64,000 nucleotides of DNA from Balanoglossus misakiensis (taxonomy: Eukaryota > Animalia > Hemichordata): assembly GCA_040954595.2 (NCBI GenBank), contig CM082588.2, forward strand, positions 2,053,027 through 2,117,026. The letters run 5' to 3'. The notes beneath the pieces are model-generated. The model searched no databases. It saw nothing but the letters and a program-made list of their open reading frames with translations, and had not been told where the DNA came from. A program made the translations under genes and the position numbers. Positions within the stretch are counted from its first letter, which is position 1. Each line of letters begins with the position of its first letter. Of this stretch, positions 38,024-49,693 are shown in pieces.

Positions 38024-38168
38024 CATGGCGTTGGTTCTTCGGAAGTTGGCAGCATTTCCCCCGACATGGCGTTGGTTCTTCGGAAGTTTGCAGCATTTCC
38101 CCCGACATGGCATTGGTTCTTCGGAAGTTGGCAGCATTTCCCCCGATATGGCGTTGGTTTTTCGGAAG
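38024..38168 (+). repeat. 41-bp GC-rich tandem repeat, ~3.5 copies
   Basis: CATGGCGTTGGTTCTTCGGAAGTTGGCAGCATTTCCCCCGA starting at 38024, 38065, 38106 and 38147. Confidence 0.95.
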
Positions 38169-38250
38169 GCCTGAAAGCAAAAATGAAACTATTAATATGT
38201 GGCTCCTATCAATTAAAATTAAACTATTACATATTTATATACATGTATAT

Positions 38251-39135
38251 AAATAAGGAAGGTCTCGCTCGCTCTGCGCTACACAGGACCGCTCGTCGCG
38301 GCCTGCCAGATACAATGTATCTCGAATAGTGAAAATATTTTGAATTTAAAAAAGAATACGAAGATTTTATTTTAAAAAGCACACGTTTCACATTTAATGG
38401 GGACATATTATAGTCACTGCTTTCTGCCTCGCATTTCGCGGAAAAACGCAATGTTTACTCCGCTGTGGACGCAGACGACGGACGACCATGCTATTTTGGC
38501 GCATGTGACGGACCGTCAATTTGAACTGACGTTCTTTGACAAAAATGCGAAGTCTATCATAAATACGACACACCACAATGATGAAAAGCTGTAAGCACGA
38601 TAATAATAACCTCATATTCCATAAAATTTTTGTAAAACTTTTAAAACGTAAGTTTGGAAATGGAATACAAATTTAGCTTCACCAGTTTGAAGAAGCAGAC
38701 GACATGTGACATGTGACCGCGCCATGTTCACCAAAGTTGAACATAAAAAGTCGCCGTTCTTGGGAAAAAATGATTTCTCATAAATACCACAACGACGAAA
38801 ATCTTCGATCATTGGTCACAATTCCTGGCGAGTTTGCCAAAATCAACAAATATACTATACATTTGTAAAATTTGAAATTAGACTTAAATCTTTTAGGCTA
38901 GAACACATATTAACATGTACGTACCTTCCAATCTTCAATCTTCAACTGCCCAAATTCTACACGTTCAAACTTTTTATGAATATTCATGAAGACATCTCCT
39001 TAATTGGCAGTTCATATACGCGATCATAATAGAATTTGGCCAATCACGACCGTGATTTTGATAGGCCAGTGCACGCCCCCTAGCTTACTGTGCGTGATAT
39101 AGTTTCGTCACTCCGCGTGCTAGGATTCCTTATTT
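38251..39135. mobile_element. candidate ~885-bp non-autonomous DNA element with short terminal inverted repeats
   Basis: AAATAAGGAA at 38251-38260 and TTCCTTATTT at 39126-39135 bound a CpG-rich, non-coding island with subterminal CTCGCTCGCT and CCAATCACGACCGTGATT motifs. Confidence 0.4.
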
Positions 39136-42100
39136 TTGTGGTAAAAAGTATTGTTTACGATATATCGATAAATTGCAACATTTGGGTGACCTTGAGGTGA
39201 CCCATGACCTTCTTTCCAATATCAGCATCCTGTGCACAAATCATAGGATGGACCACTTGATGAAGTCTAATGCCTTTCCCTAATTCTTGGCTAACCAAGG
39301 GTTTGAAGTCTGTTTTTTTCTTGGACATGGACCAGTATGGAACCAACATTTTTTGACAAAATCTGTTCTGACCTTGGGGTAACTGTTGACCTATGTTCCC
39401 ACCTACTTGTTATTGGTGGGATCTACTTGGACCCCAGTAACTTTGCTTGCAGCTTTAATTAACCACCACATACAAAAACATGGTTTTTTCCTTTTATTTT
39501 TTCAAAAGCAGATAAAAACCCTTACAACAACATCAGTAAAGTTTCTTCACACTGTACACACACAAAATATCATAACATTACACAAAATGTGGGAAGCTTA
39601 GTGGTAAAAAAAATCAGTTGATGAAAACATAAACTATGCAATTTTTAATCAAAGCACGGCAATTTATTTACAAAAATATACACACTATCATTCTAGGCAG
39701 TTAGTGCCGGCATTAAAATATCACCCTAAATTACAATTTCACTGCAGAATTCATAAATGGCCTTTTTCATATTTATAGCAACGAATACACATACATCATG
39801 TAATTAAAAATCTGTTACATTTATGCACAAACACCAGAAAAGTGTCAGTATGTAATTATATTTTTGCTACATTTCTTTTATTTATCAATTGAACCTTTGA
39901 CCCCTGTCTGGAAGAAAACTTCCGAATGGCATCACAAGTCACCAGGAGGTCAGGGTGCAAAGGTTACAGGAGACAGAATAATTAAAGCTTTCTAGACAAG
40001 ACCAGCTTGACAAGTAGCCAGGTAAAATTTTAAGACAAAGTCTCAAAAAGTAGGTTGGCCTTATGGAATGGACGGGATGAAACTGTAATTATTACAGATA
40101 CAACAGAAAACAGAATCTAAAGTCAAAACAGAACATTAACACTTTGTGGATTTATAATTTGTTGATTGAATGATCACAGAAAGAGAAAAAAATAATTTTA
40201 CTACGTCTTGAAAGTTCAATTCATTTATAATCATAACCTTTTATTGTTGATAAAATCTATAAAATGATCTGTCGATTTTTTTCTGAGAGATATACTAAAT
40301 TATTATGACTCAACATCATACAATCTGCCAAGTGCTGTGATTGGTGGATAGTGGCTAATGTATGTGTAAGCAAACCTGACTGGTTCAGGTCATCAACAAA
40401 CTCATCCAATCACATACATTTAACATTGCTCATGTGACAATAATAACCAATCTGATTGGATTATAGTTCCGCCCAATTATATGCACCACGATTTATAGAA
40501 GTCTATTTCAGTACGAGGTGCAAACAGAGACTTATTGTTTTGTTTTTTTCTTTTCATTTCACTACAATATTAGCACACACTTAAAATTATTAAACAAATC
40601 ATAACTTGCATCGTCTAACAGTCTTTTTTTTTCAAAAGAAGAAGGTAAATTGCAGCAAAAAACAACACAATGTTCAGACTTGCTGGTAAAATTTTCATAT
40701 TTCCTTCCTCATGTTTAGATAATAGTAGTAGACAAAAGTTTGCAATTACTCAAAACTATTTCCTCATTAAATATACATATTTGATGTAGTTTTGTTCTCA
40801 ATAGCGAAGATGAGGAATCATTAATATTTTATCAAACTTCACCATCATTGTGTAAATATTGGCCACTTATCCGGCCGGCCTCTACAGTGCATGGTGACAC
40901 TCTAATTACAAGTGACAGCCTGTAAAACATGTAAAACCGATACTACTGCTCTTCTCAGTGGCAGATATTTAAACAGCATGCTAAAACCCTGCCACCCCCA
41001 TTCTTTAAGTGAGCAGGTCTAACATTCTCATCAAATATAAATGGATTGAACCACATCATGGGAGTGAAAGGGGGAAGCATTAAAAGATTAATAATGTGTT
41101 GCAGAAAACAAAACCTTCACCCAGACAACTCAAGAATAAAAAATATGTAATTTTGGGGGATAAATGTGAATATCTTTGGGCACATTTTGTTCGTGAATAT
41201 GAATTATATTACAATAGACGTACACCAATGACTGATTTACATGTCAAGGTGAAAGTGTGACTAAGGCCAAACTCTCAGTTGTCAAGGTTTTGCTGATTAC
41301 ATCATTGAGGCACATTACATCACTTAGTGAAATCAACTCCAGTTTATGAAATATTGTTGCGAGTGGCTTCTGTAAGTTTTTTTGGAGAAGAAAGAAAAGG
41401 AAGTATAAACACACTTGGATGGACTGAAACACAGCTATTGTATGAGACTAAAGAAAATTCTAACTAGAAGAAAAATATTGGTAAACGGACGGTTAGTGGT
41501 AGTACGAAATAAAGTTGTTAGTTGAGGATGGTTAGCGAGGGTAAGATGTGGTTAATGGATATGTCACAGAACTGGACATAAGACATAAGAAGTAAACTTA
41601 GGCTTCATATCAGAAAACTTACGAGATCACAAGTCAAGTTAACCACTATGAAATAAGAAAACACAGGACGGAAAATGGTTGAAAGAAAAAAGACTGAACC
41701 AGACTTTCTGACAAGTCAACCATTTAAAGGATCAAAGCTTATTTTTCAGTGGTGAGAACAAAATGAAAAGTTATTGCAGTAGGACGGGATGTGTGCAAGG
41801 TTTGAATAATGTGTCTTTTCTAGGAATAAGTGAACATTCACATGGACAGATACTACTGACTTAAGAGGGTAACTCTCTCAGCTACAGCAACAGTACTTAA
41901 AGTTTTATACCGTGTAAGCTGAAGTAAATGTGTTTCTCAGTTGGAGGGAATCGAGTAAAATGCACCTCAGTGACGGCATTCTCAGATAAATGAAACTCCT
42001 TTTTCACACTCCAGTCTTTACCAATGTTCAAAAACAAACTGTGTACTTTTGTGAATTTTAGCCATTTGGAGATTTGACCCAAATTTTTCCATGGTGACAA

Positions 42101-42960
42101 CCAATATTTTTCTTACAATTTGAAAGAAAATGACATAAGTGTTGTTTCATAAAGGTTTAAGACTGCCATTTCTGAGGTGCGTAGGTACATGTATGTTAAA
42201 CTAAGTGCAAAGATGGGAATTTGTTACAGAGGGACGGAAGAGGCTTTATACCAACTACATGAATAACTTTGAAATAGCAGTGTGTTTTTATGGAAGGATA
42301 GGAGTTCTAAGAAAGAAAAAAGGACGGCAAAAGCTAAGTGTAGCGTGACAAAGTCAAGTCTGTCGATAAAGGGACAAAGTTGCTAACGTGTGGAAGGACG
42401 GGATCTACTCTGACCATTGCTCTGGTCAGAAACTTCAAACACTGTGCTAAAAGTGGAAAGGGACGGTTAGTTTGAAAGGAGAGTAAGACTATAGTAAATG
42501 TGACTTTATGGAGTTGTGACAGTAAGGAAGATTGTTTGCTTCAATCAAAATAAAACCGAAGGATTTGTTGACTGGAAATTTGGAATAATTGGTGCAAATC
42601 ACAGAACAAAAAATTTGGATCTAGTTTGCAAAATTTATGCAAACTTCATCTGTACTCATCCTTGTATTTTGTTGTTGTTATCACTTGGACTGCAATGCGC
42701 TATCTCTCTCTTTTAGGGGTTCAAAGAAATACTTGGACGTCAATGTTGAAATTCTAACCCAAAAATCATATGACTTGAAATTTCACTGGTGTACTCAAGA
42801 CCTAACACTGGCACTCAAGTTAAGAGACGAAAGACATAACAATTATTCAAGAGAATCGAAAGTACTGGAAATAACTGTAGGGAGACAATCTTGTTACATT
42901 CTATAACATTAGAAATAGGATTTGTATCTGACACTTTGGGAGTGTTTGGGAGTGCTTGCA

Positions 42961-45900
42961 TTAACTTGGTTGATCCAAAGGTACCAGATCTGTGTGGTGT
43001 TTTTCAATTCGGTTCAGAAGATGTTGTGCCACGGGACAGAAGTCATTTTCCCAGAGTGATCGCAGGACTTCTCGCGTTTCCTCATCAAGGTCGGAATCCA
43101 AAGCTGCTTCTTCATCTAAAATAACGGAAATGGGAATTTCCCAGGGAAAAATAGTTAGGATCATCGCAATTTACTTATCAAACACACATAATTTATAATC
43201 AAATGTCCCCCAGCCTTCTTCTGAGTGCCACTATCAAAATCTTATTCTCTCTCTCACAGGAAAACTTTTCAAACTCACCAAGATATTCCAGAAGCAGGTC
43301 AATGAGATCGTTGGTTTCCTTGTCTCCAAAGCAGACTGATGAACTGGTGATCTTTTCACTGTAGTTCCAGAGTGTCATACAAACCATGCCGGCCAACTGC
43401 CAATCATTGCGACCAAAGTCACGCAACACATCAATCAACCTGTATGTCAATAGAACAAAGATTCCATCTCTAATTGTGAATAAAATGTCGAAAGCAGATG
43501 CTCTCTTGACAGAACATGGAATAACATATGGCCTATGCTCAGCTGGTTTGCTTGAATTCAATACATACAGTTCAAACATTGAAAGCACATAGTTGCCAGT
43601 AACTGGTACCTTGCCTTATACATGATAGGTTTAACCATGTTGACTTACTTTTTGATTCCGTATTCTTCTTTCAGTTTTGGCCGGCTCATTTCATCCGTCA
43701 TCAGATTGATTAGAACACCGCATGCAATGTAGACAACTTCACGGTTTCCAGCATCCAGAAGTGTGATCATCATTTCATCAACTGTGTAGCAAAAATGTAC
43801 AACAAAAGCTCATATTTTCAGTGATTCATGATTTTCATCAGAGTGGGTTTCTTCAGCGGATTCTAGAAATACCTTTAGAGAAAGGGAATTGATGTTACCT
43901 TTCTTTTGCGAGATGTACTCTCTAACTGCCAGGTTTCTGGACAGATTGCCAAACACCCGAGATGCTTCAATCATGCCATCCATGTTATCCGTCATCAACA
44001 CCTTCACCAATACTGAAAGCAAATGTGTAAAATATAGCATTGTGATGTTGGCAGACTCTTCTGGTTGTTGACATGCAGGCTAAAAATTCCATGCACACAT
44101 ACATGTTCATGTATCTCAGAAATCAGACATTTTTGAGGGAAAAACACACAAGGCTACTTACACTCTGCTATTTCCAGCTGTCTGTTGTTTATTGTGGTGT
44201 TTTTCTGCCCATAGTAGGATAAATTATTGATGGTGGCCACGGTGTTCAACACTAGCTCTTCACACTCTGAGACATCTTTGAATTCTGTGGAGGGGGGGGG
44301 GGGGTAAGAAAAGAAAAAATAGCTGATTAAATGTCTGTCAAATTCTGCTATCATATTATTTGTCACTCAAATGAACGTTTCACCATTTTGCCAAGAATGA
44401 TTATCTGCAATTCTTACCCAGTATTTGTAGAAGGAGACTGACACAGTTATTATCAGCTGCAATGAATGGACCAATATCTTGGTTTATGGATAAATTAGCA
44501 ATTACACGGACCAACTTGATTAAGACATCTTCTGTCTTGCTTGGTGATTTCTTCTCTTTTTTGGACGGAGATTTATCGTGTTTGTTCTACAGGAATAGAC
44601 AAAGTACAGTCTTAATCTCAAACACACTTTTGCACCCTTCAATGAAAGAAAAGGATTTGACTGACAATTCAGAAAATTACAATCGGTGCTGGACGCTAGG
44701 CGATATTTTAAAGGACACTCACCTTAATATCAATTTCAAAGTAAGTTTTGAAGACCTCACGCAAAATAGCCATACAATTGTCGGTTTCCTGGAGACTAAC
44801 TCTAGCATCGTCGTTCTTGGCGGTCAGATTGCCCAACACAAAGCAAACACGCACCACCAAGTCGCACTTGAGACGGTGCCGCTGCAGCAGAGTGAGGAAG
44901 GACTTGAAACAGGTCGGGTACGTGGACAGCACGTTACAGCAATCATTGTTCAGAGTTAACTTACTGAAAACGAGAGAACACAAAAATAGTGTCAAGGACT
45001 CTGTTATCCCATTTAAACAGAACTGTTACATTCAAGCATGACTTATATCAGTTCAAATACAAAGTGTTTTCTGTTTGATATACCCAGGCTGATCATATTT
45101 TCCCTGTGAAAACCAAAGAGACAACATTGTTCCATACCTGAGAATCCTGGAGATATTGAGCATGAGATCGCTATCCCCAGGGTAGCTCTCCATCACTCTG
45201 CACAATTCCTGTATGACCTGACATGCTATAAACCTGGGTCGGTTGGCGCCGAGATCAGCCAGGTTTCTGTACGTTGCTGTTACCTGCAATAGCAGATTGG
45301 GTTTCTGGTCTTTTGTCTTGTCACCTTCCATATTCTGTGATTAGGAAAAATATGTGAAAAGACAAATATTATACAAGTGAGTGAACAAAAAATACAAGCT
45401 GCAGAATGTCATAAAAGTAGGCTTGTGTATATCAATTTGGATGCTGTACATTTCAGTTATAGTATCTAAAATTCAAAATCCCACCAAACTCATATCTTTC
45501 AGAATAACATCTTCACATGATATAACAACTTACTGATGTATTGATGGCAACCAGGAGTCTGGCCAAAGCTTCCACACAACCACACTCAGACAGCTCTTTC
45601 AGAAGGGACGTGTTACCAGTCAGGAACTTCAATGCACCCACACAGTAGACCAGAGCCTCGCATGCGGTGTTGTGGTCTGTATTCTTCACAATGTCTAAGA
45701 TTAAATCTGAATGATTGGAGGGGAAGAAAATGTTTATGATTAGTGCCAGGCTTGCCAGGCAGGTGTGTGTTTAAACACATGTATCATGTTGTGTTTTACA
45801 TACTCATACTTTGTGGTCCACAGCCATTCAAAATGATTAGATCGTTACCAAATAATGCAAAGAAGCCCATCTTACCTAAAAGATTATGCTGCATAAACAG

Positions 45901-46066
45901 TGTATCATTTGTTTCTTCACGACTCACTTTAAATATCAACTTGCAAACATTTGTTAAATTATTGCCACTAACTTTGAACTGTGAATAAATGAAAAGGAAA
46001 GTTGAAGTTAGTACATATGATATATGGGATTTACAGAATTACTGGAAACTATGTTCATCGTCATCG

Positions 46067-46099
<33 letters not shown>

Positions 46100-49000
46100 A
46101 TTATCCCAAAACACAAAAATGCCATTCATAATAAGTTATGAAATCTACTTACAGCCAGTATAAGCCTTGCTAATTTCAACATTAATTTTGGATTATCAAT
46201 ATCTAATAATCTGTAGATTGGTTTCAAGACCGATGATCTTCTCTTAACTCCTCTTCCAAGCAGGTTGCCATCTTCTAACATCTTGTACAGCAAATCACAC
46301 TGTGTACACAGTCTTTTAACTTCCTCCTCCAAGGGCGCTGTGTTCAGAAGATGAACAGTTTGTATTACTTGAAATTGTGTAATGTGAAACAAAACAGCTA
46401 CAAAGTTCTACAATGTGGTGAAGTCGCCATCTCATTCCCTCATGTCCTGTGATGCTCTGTTGAGTATGAATTTTTCTACTGCAATACTGTTCAAGACAGC
46501 CTCACTTACATTGTTTCTTCAGTTCCATATTTTCTATGATGGGTAGAATGTGTGTATTCCAGTAGAACGCATCTTCTGCTGTTTCGTCGTCTCTCTTGCC
46601 AGCGCTGTTACATCTGTCGCTGGCGTACCCACTCTCACTTCTCACTGAGCTTCCACTGTTGACCCTCTCACTGTAAGAACAAATGTCAATATACCACATT
46701 AGCATTTTGAAGCTCCACCCATGAATGACAATACACCAATCACACCAGACAGGACTCACATTTTACTAGGCATCCTAATAGTTCCAGCTGAACTGGACCT
46801 GATCATGTCCTCCATTACATCCTCTCCTTTCTCGTCAAAGAAGTTCTTGGTGCGCTCCTTGGGACCGCTGTGTACCCGTCTTGGAAACTCTTCTGGTGGA
46901 GACCCTGGTGCCTTGGAGGGCAAGGAACCCCTCCGAGATGGATGGGAAGGCAACACACCTGTGAGGAGGCAAATGACATCAGTGTTGCTCATGTGACAAT
47001 ACAAATACTGATAAGCAGATTTTATGCAATACGGCTTTCAAATAACTGTTGACTAATTTCAATTCAGACGTCACCCTGATGCAGTCTGACCATGTTGTGC
47101 ACTCACCTTCTCCATCAGCTCCTATTGAAGGTAATAATTTGGCTCGGATTGCCCGCTTGCCAGCCGATCTGTTGGGTTCTCTTGTCGGAGGTTTGGGAAT
47201 CTTTGGTGAGATATCGTTAGTTGGGGGACTGCCGGCTGGTATCGCTGGTGGCTTCTGTTAATAAGGACACAAATTTTAGTGTGAAGTATGTGTAATACAG
47301 CAGAGAGAATTTTCATATTAGTTGACCGGATAGTGACTGGTACAACTGTACCTTATCCTGTTAAATTTCAAGGCCTGTTTCCAAGAAAATCTAGCCTAAA
47401 AGTGCTGGAAGTTCCAATGACCATTGTGGAAAATGTGTACACATGTATTATCCCTTTCAAAGACAGGATAATACATGTAATGTGGGTTATTGTGTTATTT
47501 CAAAGCATTGAAAGCCCAGTGTCTGCGTTAGGTGAAAAACAGAGCTTACAAGTTTACTCACAAATGCTACGATTTTGGTTTGTTTCAGCGGAACTGTGAG
47601 TTCATCTTCAATCTGAAATATTGCAATGTGTTTTGGGCGATAAGAACATTCATGTGGCTGGGGATACACACAATGCGTACCACAGCCAAAAGAATTTGAA
47701 CTGAAGTCTCAAATTCACTTTGCCATTCAGGGGAACTGACATGTCACAACAATAAGAGCAAATGCACTGTGCTCTAGAAATGACCTCAAATGACCTTGTC
47801 AGCACTGTCCCTACTGCTGCGTTTATTGATTTGTGCAATCCGGCCATTTCATGAGGCATTAAGTTTCTCTCTGTTTTAGTTCTTTTTAAGAAAAACTTAC
47901 ATGTTCAAGTGGTTGAAGCCTTGTCCCTGAGGCTGGCCTGGAGTCACTTCCATCAAAATGACGTGCGCCAAGACTATTGGAAAGAAGAAAACAATACATA
48001 CACCATTAGAAATCATGTCACTGTCAGACACAGCCTGCAAGATATCATGTTATCTGGGGTTTCCGGAGAGTGGGGAAATTATTATTTCAAAAGCTTTTAA
48101 TATTTACTGAAAGCACACCAGAAGTGTCAAGGAGAGTGACTCAGAATGCATTAACCCGAACGTTTAAAACCATCAAGAAATCATATATCATCAATGAGCA
48201 GATGCATTACTCTTCATCAAATGCCAAGCAACTGAGTCATTTCTATCTTGTACAGTGTAATATTGATTTTAATATTTATTAATGTGCTGAATTTCTCAAT
48301 TTTACTGCAGGTATTAAGCCAACACCCAGTATCCATTTCAATGCAAAAAATAATCACCATAATCCATCCAGCAATAAATCTTAATCAAACAGAATCAAAA
48401 CATGGGACCATATGCTCTCTCCTGCTGTGTTGACAGAACCACAGCCAACAGTTAAAATACACACACAATGTTATTCTTATTCTGTATACACTGACTATGG
48501 CATGGCACGGCATGCAGATTCTTAATTCCTATACACCCTTCCTCCTGATATAAGTCTGCACATAAATCAGGGTCTGATAATAATTTCCGCCGGTCACAAA
48601 AGCTGGGGTCAAGCCCTGTCCAAATTCTTAAGCTGGGACTTAAAAAGTGGAGTCTGTTGCTAGGGTACCGTGCCCTGACTACAATCCAACCCTGCCCACT
48701 GGCAACACACTGGTGCTTTCTCTATCCTGTAGCATTTAACATGCATGTCGTTGGCAGTATAGTGTGTTACAATTACATGAAATTACACCATCTTGAAGTC
48801 ACGTCACAACCAGTAAACAGTTATGCCTGGAAGACTCAGCTCATAGACTTTCCTTCCACTGTCATGAGGAAAATTTTGGTCGTACTCTATGGTACACATT
48901 TTTACACTGAGTGTTTCGGGTCACCAGAGATAAGCCGCCCACAGGACAATACACACATTATAACGAAATACAGAGTTGAACACACGAGTTGCTGTCAGAT

Positions 49001-49693
49001 GTCATTTTGCTGGAGTGCCTCCCACTCTTCACTGATTCACTGTTGTTTACACAAAGGGCGTTTTACAAGGACAGCTGACTTCTGTGAAAAGTTCACCCAA
49101 CCTCCACGTTTTTACTCAGTATCCACCATAATGCTGGAGATGGTTTGGATTTGAGAGCTGGTATCATCTGTTACTGAATTTGATGAGTCAGAGATATTCT
49201 TTGCCTTGTTGTCGTAGATATGAGCAGTAAAGTTATCCTCTCTACTCTCTACACAACACATGAGCTTGACCTCAAATAACCTTTGACTTCTGCCCTTCAG
49301 ATGAGCAGGCTAGCCATAATAACACAGTGTTCTCTTTTCTACCTGCTGGAAAACAGGCGTTGTCAGTAAAGTGCTCCATTACAATTGAAAGATGGCTCTG
49401 TGTTATCAGGTAACCCATTAACCAAAGACCTTGGTGATCGCTTTCAGCACATGCATTGCGAGATGCACTTCGAGCAACACTCACCTGAACGCAGATGGAG
49501 GCCTCGCGTCAGGAGCTCGGCTTGTGCTACCACTGAAAAGAGTTCGTTTGCCATCTCGTGGCGTAAATGGACGGTTTGTTTTTAAAGCACGCACAGAATG
49601 TCTGGCTTCGTTGACGATGGCGTAGCTCAACTTCTTGTCAGCCGGAGCCTCGTAGAAAGGCACGTCTGCATTCTTCTTCTTCTTCCCACTCAT
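42961..49693 (-). CDS. ARMC2: armadillo repeat-containing protein 2 (ciliary/flagellar radial-spoke transport adaptor), ~847 aa
   Basis: Sixteen GT-AG coding exons total 2544 bp in frame: 49693-49485, 47973-47901, 47254-47107, 46958-46760, 46670-46510, 46337-46153, 45978-45876, 45706-45534, 45334-45138, 44963-44723, 44586-44418, 44284-44162, 44012-43899, 43781-43649, 43439-43279 and 43115-42961. The N-terminus PFY...IVNEAR..VR...RPFTP....RTLF...RPPSAFSL...DSRPASGTRL.PLE matches human ARMC2, and ARM-type segments follow (VRVCFVLGNLT, EASRVFGNLS, DWQLAGMVCMTLWNYSE). Confidence 0.93.
46054..46098. repeat. (CAT)n trinucleotide microsatellite in an ARMC2 intron
   Basis: Directly visible. Confidence 0.9.

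Noticed and set aside
31426-38173. hAT-like element bounded by CAGGTCTT and AAGGCCTG
   Set aside because: Only a 7/8-bp inverted match, with no target-site duplication in the flanks.
40060-40100. A miR-184 gene at TGGACGGGATGAAACTGTAA
   Set aside because: It matches only partially beyond the seed and has no visible precursor hairpin; it reads better as a target site on the opposite strand.
48657-49260. 165-aa plus-strand ORF, or an extra ARMC2 exon near 49115-49245
   Set aside because: Non-ATG start and no homology; ARMC2 exons 49485 and 47973 already join in frame and match the human protein, and the natural acceptor gives an immediate stop.
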